From NCBI GenBank assembly GCA_977017575.1, contig CDRNVI010000029.1, positions 682,001 to 746,000 of the forward strand: 64,000 nucleotides of DNA. The letters run 5' to 3'. Of this stretch, positions 53,320-63,178 are shown in pieces; position 1 is the first letter of the stretch, and each line of letters starts with the position of its first letter. This stretch comes from Paramoeba atlantica (taxonomy: Eukaryota > Protista > Discosea). Both the position numbers and the translations under genes were made by a program. The notes beneath the pieces are model-generated. The model ran no database searches. It was not told where the DNA came from and worked only from the letters and a program-made list of their open reading frames with translations.

Positions 53320-53680
53320 TCTTTCTTCAATCCAATCTTTCTTCAATTCAATCCTTCTTTAATCCAATTCTTCTTCAATCCAATCCTTTTTCACTTCAAC
53401 CCTTTTCAATCCAATTCTTCTTCAATCCAACCCTTTTTCAGTCCAACCCTTTTCAATCCAACCCTTTTCAATCCAACCCTTTTCAATCCAACCCTTTTCA
53501 ATCCAACCCTTTTCAATCCAACCCTTTTCAATCCAACCCTTTTCAATCCAACCCTTTTCAATCCAGCCCTTTTCAATCCAGGCCTTTTCAATCCAACCCT
53601 TTTCAATCCAGCCCTTTTCAATCCATCCCTTTTCAATCGAATCTTTCTTCAATACAATCTTTCTTCAATTCAACCCTTTC
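53320..53680. repeat. 15-bp minisatellite (CTTTTCAATCCAACC)n with degenerate flanks, upstream of CCT4
   Basis: About 14-15 near-perfect units in ~53423-53640; variant units carry AG at 53440, 53565, 53580 and 53610. Confidence 0.95.
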
Positions 53681-53728
53681 CAATCCCTTTCTTCTACTCC
53701 TCTACCTCTCCCCCCTTTCCTCTCCCCC

Positions 53729-55357
53729 ATGTCTACCCCCACCCCCACCAACGAAACCAAACACGAAAAAGAAAAACAATCCGACGTGCGTCTCCACAAC
53801 ATCGCCGCGGCCAAGGCCCTCGCGGACTGTGTCCGCACCTCCCTCGGCCCCCGCGGGATGGACAAAATGGTCCTCGAGGGCAAGGGCGGGGTGGTGGTCA
53901 GCAACGACGGCGCGACGCTTCTGAAGAAACTCGATCTCGCCCACCCGTGTGCGAAAATGCTCGTCGAGCTCAGCCAGGCCCAGGACGTGGAGGCCGGGGA
54001 CGGCACCACCTCGGTGGTGGTGCTCTGCGGGTCACTGCTGCGCGCGTGTGAGGACTTGCTGCGGAAGGGGATTCACCCGACCACGATTACGGAGGCGTTC
54101 CAGGAATGTGCCGGGGAGGCCGCGCAGCGGTTGCGTGAGAAATGTGCGATTGCGGTGGATATGGAGGGGGAGGGCGGGGTGGAGGGGGGCGCGCTGACGG
54201 ATGCCGCGGTCACGAGTTTGAGTTCGAAGGTGGTCGCGCATAGTAGTGCGAGGTTGGCTCCTATGGCGGTGCAGGCCGCGCTGGCGGTGCGGAAACCGAC
54301 GGGGGAGGTGGATTTGCGGGATATTCGAACCGTCGCGGCGCTTGGAGGGGTTGTGGAGGACTCGGAACTGCTCTCGGATGGGATGATTTTTAAGCAAAAA
54401 GCCTCGACGAGTGCGGGTGGGCCGACGAGGGTGACAGAGGCCCGAATTGCGTTGCTGCAGTGTCATTTGAGTCCGCCAAAAACGGATATGGAGAGTACGG
54501 TGTCGGTGTCGGACTACACCCAAATTGATCGTGCAATGAGGGAGGAGCGAAAGTACCTGGTGGAGATGTGTCGCAAAATCCAAACTTCCGGATGTAACGT
54601 CGTGTTGATCCAAAAATCTATTCTCCGCGACGCCGTTACCCCGCTCTCCCTGGATATTCTCGCCAAGATGAAGATCATGGTCATCAAAGACATTGAGCGC
54701 TCCGACGTGCCGTTTATTTGTAAATGTCTCGGTGTTCTGCCCACGAGTCACATCGACCACCTGAACCCGAAACATTTTGGTCACGCCGCTCTCGTTGCGC
54801 AGGAAACCTTTCCCGGGGGACGAGTGGTACGGGTATCGGGGGTAACATCACGAGCTGAGTCCAGCTCCTCTTCTTTCCCTTCTCCTCGAACGGCCTGTGT
54901 GTACCTTCGTGGGGGAAACCAAGTTATGGTAGAGGAAGTCGAGCGCAGTTTTCACGACGCGCTGTGTGTGGTACGTTCGATTGCAAAGAAGAACGCCCTG
55001 GTCGTGGGCGGTGCGGCTGCGGAGACGGAGGTCGCCTTGGGTCTGAGTGAGCGTGCCCAGCGGGTCGGTGGCATCACGGGGTACTGCATGAGGGCATACG
55101 CTGAGGCGTTTGAGATTATTCCCTACACGTTGGCGGAGAATGCGGGACTGAACCCGATTGAAATTGTTACCGCACTTCGGCGCGCGCATAAAGAGGGAAA
55201 GGTGCACTACGGGATCAATGTCCGAAAAGGCGCAATTACGGATATGAAGGAGGAGAAAGTGGTGCAGCCCTTATTGGTTACACTCTCAGCGATTCGTCTT
55301 GCTACGGAGTGTGTTTGCATGATTTTGAAAATTGATGACGTTCTCCTGACTCGATAA
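53729..55357 (+). CDS. CCT4: T-complex protein 1 subunit delta
   Basis: EKEKQSDVRLHNI.AAKALAD.VRTSLGPRGMDKM, GDGTTSVVV, IALLQCHLSPPKTDME and LIQKSILRDAV..LSL..LAK.KI.V.KDIER. Confidence 0.97.
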   Translation: MSTPTPTNETKHEKEKQSDVRLHNIAAAKALADCVRTSLGPRGMDKMVLEGKGGVVVSNDGATLLKKLDLAHPCAKMLVELSQAQDVEAGDGTTSVVVLCGSLLRACEDLLRKGIHPTTITEAFQECAGEAAQRLREKCAIAVDMEGEGGVEGGALTDAAVTSLSSKVVAHSSARLAPMAVQAALAVRKPTGEVDLRDIRTVAALGGVVEDSELLSDGMIFKQKASTSAGGPTRVTEARIALLQCHLSPPKTDMESTVSVSDYTQIDRAMREERKYLVEMCRKIQTSGCNVVLIQKSILRDAVTPLSLDILAKMKIMVIKDIERSDVPFICKCLGVLPTSHIDHLNPKHFGHAALVAQETFPGGRVVRVSGVTSRAESSSSSFPSPRTACVYLRGGNQVMVEEVERSFHDALCVVRSIAKKNALVVGGAAAETEVALGLSERAQRVGGITGYCMRAYAEAFEIIPYTLAENAGLNPIEIVTALRRAHKEGKVHYGINVRKGAITDMKEEKVVQPLLVTLSAIRLATECVCMILKIDDVLLTR

Positions 55358-55696
55358 CTCTTCCGTTGATAGCGCTCTTCTGACTCGGTGAAGAAAAGTT
55401 GATAAATTAATGTGGGGGTTTCTTTGAGGAAACTTAACTGTAGGAAAAATACTACGGTCAAGATATTTGAATTTAAGGTCATTGTTTTTACACTTTTTCT
55501 GTGCTTCGTTATATTTGCAATATACGTTATATTTAATAACATATCTGGTATTTTTTGACAACTGTCCACATCACAATCCATCGAAGGAATTTCATCATGA
55601 ATGTTGATGGCAATATAATCCTGTTATCGATTAAAATTTAATATCTTTCCAAGCATTTCTTCCCCTCTTTCCCTCTCTCTCCCCATTCTCCTTGGC

Positions 55697-56452
55697 ATGA
55701 CACGTACCTCCCTCCGACACAGTACCCCCTCCACCTGGAGACGGGACTCCGTTCCCGCCCTCCCCGATTCCACTGTATCCCCCCTCCCCATCATTGCCCC
55801 CTCTCTGTTGGCCAGTGATTTCGGTTCCCTCGCACTCGAGGCCGGCCGTATCCTGGATTCCGGAGCAGACTGGCTGCACATTGACGTCATGGATGGGCAT
55901 TTTACCCAAAACCTTGCCTTTGGTCTCCCCGTGATCCAATCTTTGCGAACGCACACCGATGCCTTCTTTGACTGCCATCTCATGGTGGAGTACCCTGAGC
56001 GGTGGGTGGAGAAATTCGCATCGGCCGGGGCCTCGCAGTTTACGTTTCACATGGAGGCTGCGAGTGAGGTGACCCCGGCAGCGCTGATTGCACAAATTGA
56101 GAAAGCCAAGATGCTCCCGTCGGTCGCGATTAAGCCGTTTACCTCGATGGAGAGGTTGGAGGGTGTGTTGGATAAGGTGCATATGGTCCTGGTGATGACC
56201 GTGGAGCCGGGATGGGGAGGACAGGCATTTATTCCCGAGGCATTGAAGACGGTGGCTGCAATTCGGAAACGATACCCTGGGCTAAATATTCAAGTCGATG
56301 GGGGGATCAATTTGGACACGTTGGTGGCTGCGGCGCAGGCCGGGGCGAATGTGATTGTTGCCGGCACGGCGTTGTTTAAGCTTCCCTCCCATGCAGCCAA
56401 GGTAGAAACGATTCGAAAGATGAAAGAAATTGTGTCGCAGAACATGAAATGA
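55697..56452 (+). CDS. RPE: Ribulose-phosphate 3-epimerase
   Basis: IIAPSLLASDF, WLHIDVMDGHF..NL.FG, FDCHLMV, FTFHME, VLVMTVEPG.GGQ.F and IQVDGGI. Confidence 0.96.
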   Translation: MTRTSLRHSTPSTWRRDSVPALPDSTVSPLPIIAPSLLASDFGSLALEAGRILDSGADWLHIDVMDGHFTQNLAFGLPVIQSLRTHTDAFFDCHLMVEYPERWVEKFASAGASQFTFHMEAASEVTPAALIAQIEKAKMLPSVAIKPFTSMERLEGVLDKVHMVLVMTVEPGWGGQAFIPEALKTVAAIRKRYPGLNIQVDGGINLDTLVAAAQAGANVIVAGTALFKLPSHAAKVETIRKMKEIVSQNMK

Positions 56453-56894
56453 GGGTTGCTAGCACGTGCGGGATGACCTGTACAACAGATCTGAAAATCT
56501 ACAAAATAATAACAATGCACAAATTTCTTTCCTAGTGAGACTTTGGGCGTTAACTTTTGGTGAAAAAGTTATAAATGGGCAATGACATTCCACATGGGAT
56601 ACACTTTCGAAGATGCGGCGGGCCTGCGATGAAGGCGGTGCGATCTTCTTACACTCTAGCGAACTTCTCTGTCATGTTGTGTAAATTTACTTCAGAACAT
56701 AGGCAACGTGGGAGAGAGATTCTCCGCTCGTCCTACTTTAGTCCTACTTTACTGACATGTTCCTCTTAGAGATGTGTACTCTAACCTAGTAAATAACCTA
56801 TCAAATATGAGCATGTGGCTATGCATAATAATTGTGCAGAATCACTTTCAGTACACTCCGTGTTTTATTCTGAATTTTTCTCCGTTTTACAAAC

Positions 56895-57914
56895 ATGGAA
56901 GAAACTGTGGCTCAAAAGCTACTCCGTCAAGTCGAGTTCTACTTCTCCGATGTCAATCTCACCCGCGACGCATTCTTCAAGGAACGCATTGCGGAGAATC
57001 GATTTGGATACGTACCGCTTTCTGTGATCCTGAAATGTAAAAAGATCGCCGAACACACACAGGAAATCAGCGTCCTTGCCGATGCTTTAAAGGACAGTAC
57101 CGAGCTTGCGGTGAACGAGGCAAAGGACGCAGTGAAGCGCGTGAATCCCATGCCGGTGTCTCTTGATTTCACTCCACAGACCATTATTATTTTTCCTATT
57201 GTCGATGAGCTCACCCAGGAGAAAATTTCGGATGCCACGCAGCGACTGGTTCCTGAAGCAAAAATTGTGGCAGTGTGGCGAAAACAAAAACGAGATCCCA
57301 CCACTGCATTTCTGGTGAACATGGCAGAAGTTATACTTCAAGATGCCGAGACCGTCGAGGAGCTTTTAAAGAAAATTGAGGCAGGGGAGGAATTTCTCAC
57401 GCTCTCCTCTACGGAGGACAAAGAACCCGTGCCCACCCCCAAGGTGATGCGAAAGACAACGTTTGAAGAACTTAAGAGTAAGTTGGTCGGTGGTTTGCAG
57501 AAGAAAAAGAAGAGGGGCGTAGCACCGAGTGTTACAATAGACGATATTCGGGGATGTGTTTGTTTGCTCTCCGCTTCCATGCCGCTGGGTGCCATCCGGA
57601 CAATCAAAGCAAAGCTTTCTGATGAGCTGAAGGAAAAACTTGTTTATGTACACGTGCTGGAGGGGGTAAAGGATAAAATGTACATCGTTGCGGCAGATAA
57701 AGAAGCTTTACAACAAATGCAAAGCGTGTACTCGAAATGTACGATCCCTAAGGAGGGAGATGATGAAAAGGAAAGCCCAGAGACCTTAAAAGTATCTGTA
57801 GAGGATGATGAAAAGCTTTTAACTGAAATAGTCGAGGCCCTTGCTAAACGGTCGCAATATCTGAAAAAGAGTGGTTCTCAAGGTAAATATCAGCAAAAAC
57901 GAAAACGTCAGTAA
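56895..57914 (+). CDS. La: La autoantigen (La motif plus RRM)
   Basis: LLRQVEFYFSDVNL.RDAFF......GYVPLSVI..C.KI; downstream RRM-like region and basic C-terminus. Confidence 0.9.
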   Translation: MEETVAQKLLRQVEFYFSDVNLTRDAFFKERIAENRFGYVPLSVILKCKKIAEHTQEISVLADALKDSTELAVNEAKDAVKRVNPMPVSLDFTPQTIIIFPIVDELTQEKISDATQRLVPEAKIVAVWRKQKRDPTTAFLVNMAEVILQDAETVEELLKKIEAGEEFLTLSSTEDKEPVPTPKVMRKTTFEELKSKLVGGLQKKKKRGVAPSVTIDDIRGCVCLLSASMPLGAIRTIKAKLSDELKEKLVYVHVLEGVKDKMYIVAADKEALQQMQSVYSKCTIPKEGDDEKESPETLKVSVEDDEKLLTEIVEALAKRSQYLKKSGSQGKYQQKRKRQ

Positions 57915-58462
57915 TGATCTAAATTATGTTATGATGCGTTCAGTTTTTCTTCTGAAACTGAAAATGTGTTAGATTTATTGCACGCCCCCAGCTGATTGAC
58001 CCTTTTGCAGCAAAAGACGTTCCTAACAAGTGCGCTAAAACGGAGCACTCAGAAACTTCAGTGGACAGCGTTGAAATTGTTTCGATAAGAAAAAAATACA
58101 AGACTTTCATACAAACGTAATATTGTATGAACTAGAGTTTTTTTTATGAATTGTTAATTTTTATTACAAGTAATTTTGGGCGTTGATCGAATGTATCACT
58201 ATCCTTAACAATCTACATTAGTTCTTTACGCTCTAGAATTCGAATGGATACACGTTGCCAAATTGTTTTAGATTATTCTGAGTCGCGAACTTTTTTATTT
58301 CTATATTTTCTTTTTTTATAAAAAGGCTCGAACTGACTCACGATTTTTGCTGCGCGTCTACTCTTAACGTACCGCCAATTCCTGCGGCGTCGTCCGAAAG
58401 TTACAAAGTCTGGACCGCAAACGTCGACATCCCTTCTCAATGTCATTTTTTCACATGAACTT

Positions 58463-59536
58463 TTGAAATACACTCCAGAATGTTTTTCTGCATATACTAG
58501 ATATGTGATCCGAATACGGAAGCCCACTGATTTCAGCCGCTTGGGACTTCTTTCAAACGTTAATCTTTCAACGTCCCCTGAAGAATGTTCTTCTACCCCA
58601 TATATTGATACTTCTACTGACGATCCGTCTTTCTACACATACGAAGGTCCGTATTGTGTGTCAAGCTGTGAAGCTCGTATGCGGGCTTCCAATGAATTTC
58701 TTACGTACGTGATGCGCAATATTTCATATTTTCTCCCTGTAGCAGAAAGTCTCTGTCGGAGATGGCACTGCAGCGCAATATTGTCTGAGGAATCTACTGC
58801 ATGTGATGATCTTGCAAAGTACATGCACGATATATCTCCCAGAGCTGCGATTGCGTATAAATGTGAGGAAGTCATCGCTCACACTTTGTACATAGCAAAA
58901 TGCTGTGTGGCGGGCAAAATACATTTTGGAGATCTCCGGTTTTCTGTTTCGGATGCTCGGGCCTCGGCCGCTCTGAACACTCTTTTACGAGCTGAGTGCT
59001 ACTCTGGTGAATACGCTGAACGTCGCATTCCGTGCTTTACGCCTTCTATTTCCCTTCCTAGTGCGGATGAGAGTACTGAGAAAATTTATTCGATACAAAA
59101 AACATTCCGTATCACAAATTTATGGCGTCGTACTTGGGACGGTCACTTTAACAAGAACACCATAGAATACTCATGTTTGATTCTAAAACAAAGGATTTTT
59201 CTATCTTTAACAAAAGACACTAAAGATTGTCCGCTAATTTTGTCTCAGTTTTTATCAAGGAAGGAAATCTGCTGTATTTTGCGAGGTTTACCTACTATTG
59301 ATTACGAAATAGAAATGTGTGGGCCTAATTATAGCGCAACATGTAACATACGAATACCGCGCGGGAAATTACTGTCTTCAATTGGGGACATCGGTCGTAG
59401 AAAGGTTGAAGCTCAGCGCAACGCCGCCTTCTCGGCCCTACAGGATATTTTAAATTTCCCTGAGATGTACGGTTTACACGCTCTTGTATTAGGCGAAAGA
59501 TATTCTTTGGACGAATTCGAACACGTAGGAGTATGA
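58463..59536 (+). CDS. Hypothetical protein with a C-terminal double-stranded RNA-binding domain; start uncertain
   Basis: LPTIDYEIEMCGPNYSATCNI...GRRKVEAQRNAAFSALQ.L fits a dsRBD. The ORF opens at TTG; the first in-frame ATG is at 58679. Confidence 0.7.
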   Translation: MKYTPECFSAYTRYVIRIRKPTDFSRLGLLSNVNLSTSPEECSSTPYIDTSTDDPSFYTYEGPYCVSSCEARMRASNEFLTYVMRNISYFLPVAESLCRRWHCSAILSEESTACDDLAKYMHDISPRAAIAYKCEEVIAHTLYIAKCCVAGKIHFGDLRFSVSDARASAALNTLLRAECYSGEYAERRIPCFTPSISLPSADESTEKIYSIQKTFRITNLWRRTWDGHFNKNTIEYSCLILKQRIFLSLTKDTKDCPLILSQFLSRKEICCILRGLPTIDYEIEMCGPNYSATCNIRIPRGKLLSSIGDIGRRKVEAQRNAAFSALQDILNFPEMYGLHALVLGERYSLDEFEHVGV

Positions 59537-60035
59537 ACTGTATACACAAAACAATGCTACTTTTTTATTCGAATTATTTTTTAATGTATTCTACGCTTAA
59601 ACCTCTGGACATCATCAAAAGAATACTATTACGTAGTGTAAATATCGCAAGACTTTGTTGATCTCATAAAAAATGTTTTTCTTGGATTATTTTTTTGTTT
59701 TCTTTTTAGGTCATCTTCAACTTGACACGCTTTTGTACTGTTTCCAAATTAATCATTTTATGATGGACATCTACGTTTACATTCACACATATGTACATCT
59801 ACATTAGATCCAGGCTATTAGTCCAGGCTATTAGATGTCCATCCAGGGTATTACTTGTTCTTTTAACTTACCAGCACTTTTTCTTGCTCCGATGAGCGGT
59901 ATACAGAATTTTAGCTGCAGATGATGTGGTCTATATTGTAGTCGTTCGATAGTTTCGGAAATTTTCATATTTTTCTTTATTGAGGGAGATACTATTCCCT
60001 CGCTGTCCTATATGAATAGATTTTGGTCTATATTA

Positions 60036-62753
60036 CTCCCCCTCTCATTAATTGATTATAATTATAATTATTAATAATTATAATTAATAATTATTAATAT
60101 AAATATTTTATATATTTTATTTATTATTATTAATTAATAATAATTAATAATTATAGACCTCTAAAACTCATTAAAGAGTTCGTTTATAGAAATTTAATGA
60201 GATTATAATTCTGAGTTGCACTTCTACAATTATAAACCTCAAATTCTTCATTTTTTATCTAGAAAGACACCTGTACGACATACTTTGCACTAAAAATTGC
60301 TTCAAAGTTGAACGAAGTGTCTCGAAAATCAAGAATTTGAAGTCCATAATAAGAAAAAATCACTTATCGAATCTCATTAATAATCATAAACTATAATTAT
60401 TAAAGAGTGTAAACTATAATTAGAGTGTAAACTATAATTATTGAAGAGTGTGCTAACGGTTCACCTACCTCGGCGCTTAAGCGCGCTGGGGAACTGGTTA
60501 GAGCGGGCGCTTTCTCCAGAGCAGCGAAAATACTCGAAGCCCCTTTGGATCCCCCCGCTAACCCTTCCGCGGCCTTAGACCAAGCAAGACGCCTCCATCC
60601 GACCGGGGGCCCATATACCTCCGGCATGTATCGCTACGACCAAGATGTCCACGGGGCGCTCCCGTCCCCGGCGGATGTGGCCCGGAAGGTCCGAGGCTTG
60701 GCTCCGCTTCGTGCCCCGGGACCGTCCGGGTGGACCAAGGAGCTACTGGCCCCGGCCCTTATGGAGGATGATCCCCGGGAATGTGTGACGTGGATTGTCC
60801 ACGGTATCATTACGAACACCCTCCCTAACTCCATGAGGGAGATACTAACGGGGGCCACCCTTAAACTGTTTTCCAAACCGGGTGCCCCAGCGGGGCATCA
60901 CTCGACCTATCGACCAATTGCCATGGGCGAAGTGTTCCTGAAGCTGGCGGGACTCCTCGCCCTTGAAAGGGTGCGCGAACACCTCCCAACCGTCTTCCAA
61001 GGGCTCCAATTCGGGGCCCAATACACCCAAGGGTGTGAACACATCGTGTACGAGGTGCGCGATCACTTCCGAGACAGGCCCGACGAGGATATTGTCGCGG
61101 CGGACCTCGAGAATGCCTTAACAGCATCTCGAAGTCAGCTATTTTCAGGGCTATACGGGGGAACCCCAAACTTCTCCCCCTCGAGGGCATTACCCTTTTC
61201 GGATACGGGAAACCCAGCGCTCTTCATCTGGGCGAGGGCAATGTCCTCATGGGCACCAGGGGGGTCAAACAGGGAGACCCGCTCGCCCCTATCCTGTTCG
61301 CGATCGGGATACAGGGGGTCATCTCTCGAGTGGCGGCCAAATTCCCCAGCTCCTTGAAATTATGGGCTTACCTCGATGACGTCACCCTTGCTGGGGAGCC
61401 CAAGGTGTGCGGGGAGGCCCTCGATGCCCTCCGAAATCAAAGGTTGAAGCTAAACGCTGCCAAGAGTAAGGTCGCCACCCGCGGGGGTGACCTATACTTG
61501 GCTTTCAAAGGTACCAGAATGGTGCACTCCCCGGGCGGGGTTAAGCTCCTTGGAGCTTATATTGGAGCTTCGGAGTCGGTTGAGGAGGAATGGGTGTTCT
61601 CCAAGGTACCCAAAGTGGCCTCCTTCCTGGGGAAACTGAAGGACCTCCCCAGGCAATGCGCCTTACCCCTCCTGCGGCTATGCGGCAGCCCGCGCTGGAA
61701 TTATATTGTGCGGACGCACGAACCCCTGGTCACCAAGATGGCCAATAAACAAATTGACTGTGCCATCAAGGCGTGCTCTGAAGCCTTACTCGGAGGGATG
61801 GACCCCCTTGAAAAGTCGCCGTTCTCAAATCCCCTTTTTACGGCGGACTTCCTAGGAACCATTCCTTTCGAGCACAAAGGTGAGGGGCAAAGCCACACAT
61901 GCAGGGCAAAGCCAAAAACGCCCTCCAAGGCCTCACTCAGGGTACGCCAGCCAAGGAGCTGAGACGCAGCTTCTGTGAGGCGGCCATCCAGAAGGCCCCC
62001 TCGGCCACCCATTTGGTCTGTGTGAGACAGATTCAAAACATCCACTCTACCAAATGGATGAATGCGTGGTGGAACAGGCCGGAATACTACATGCGGGACA
62101 CCCGAGTGGGAAACAGCGGCCCGCCTTCGGTACTTGGTCTCCCCGACCTCCGAACCTGAACTACAGTGCGTGTACGGCGCCACCCTCAGGAACGAGGATT
62201 TTTGCATCCACGCGCTGGACTGCAAGAAGGTCAGGGGCAAGACCCAAGCCTCTCGACATAAAGTAGTTAAGGAAACCTTCCGAGACCTCCTAATCAACTA
62301 TGGTTTCTCCCCAGACCTTTGCGAACCCAGGTTCGACAACGGTCGAGGCCCTGACATATGCTTCCAACTGGGCTGGAAGCTCGCCGTTGTGGACGTCACC
62401 GTGGTCAACCCACTGGCCCCGTCCTACGTAGATAAGGAGGCCGCCCATCCCTCTTATACACTGAGGATGGCGGAAGGCAACAAGCGCCGCGCCCATGACG
62501 AGATGGCGGCCGCCAGATGGATTTTTTCCCCCTGGCCTTCACCACCTATGGCGTGCCTGGCCCCAGAAGGCATCTATGGGGTGCCTTGCCATCCAGAAGG
62601 GCAATGCCCAGATAGTGCAAGCGGCGGTACAGGATTGGTACCGTCGCGGGGTGCGCTAACTGGGGTAGGAGCGGGGGTGAAAATATAATTACGCATCATA
62701 GATTATTCAATTATAGTTATAAACTAAAGTGCTCTTATTTATGAGAGGGGGAG
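60036..62753. mobile_element. AT-rich Stowaway/mariner-like MITE hosting the CRE retroelement
   Basis: TA|CTCCCCCTCTCAT (60036-60048) and ATGAGAGGGGGAG|TA (62741-62753) are a perfect 13-bp inverted pair with TA flanks. Confidence 0.7.
60441..62690 (+). mobile_element. CRE/SLACS-clade non-LTR retrotransposon (RT plus RLE), 5'-truncated and frameshifted
   Basis: APGPSGW, YRPIAMGE, QFG, DLENA(F)NS, GVKQGDPLAP and YLDD, then a zinc knuckle, RH and PD..VDVT. Frameshifts near 61117, 61890, 62095 and 62515. Confidence 0.95.
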
Positions 62754-63178
62754 TATTTTTTAGGGGGGCTAATAGAATTTTACGTAGACTCCCGAGTACG
62801 ATATAGTAGAAAGATTTTTTTAACTAAAGGGAATTTTAGTACACTTTGTATTAATATCTCAGAATAATCTCACTTCGTAGTAATATCTCATTTTACATGC
62901 AATCTTGCATTGAAAATATCACACTCATTTTTCGAAAAATATTCTTTTATCCAGGTAATAATTCGTAAGCTGCGTAGGATCATACTTTAGCAAACGATAT
63001 ACGACCGTTCAACTAATTCTTATTTCCACTAATGTTAGGTAAGCTATGGGTAAGCCGATGAAGCATTTCCCTTTACCGTCACCAAGCAAAGCGAAACGAC
63101 ATTACTACTTCTGCTCCATGCAAGTACAGTGAGCCACTACACATTTTCTAAACTGATCTCCACAAAAGCACAAGCAAA

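Noticed and set aside
53400-53640. CRISPR array or telomeric repeat
   Set aside because: Units are contiguous with no unique spacers, the context is eukaryotic, and the 15-bp unit is not TTAGGG-like and is internal.
53112-54051. ORFs encoding QSNPF, FNPTL, KRVGL and IEKGW repeats
   Set aside because: These are open frames produced by the stop-free minisatellite; the real CCT4 start is 53729.
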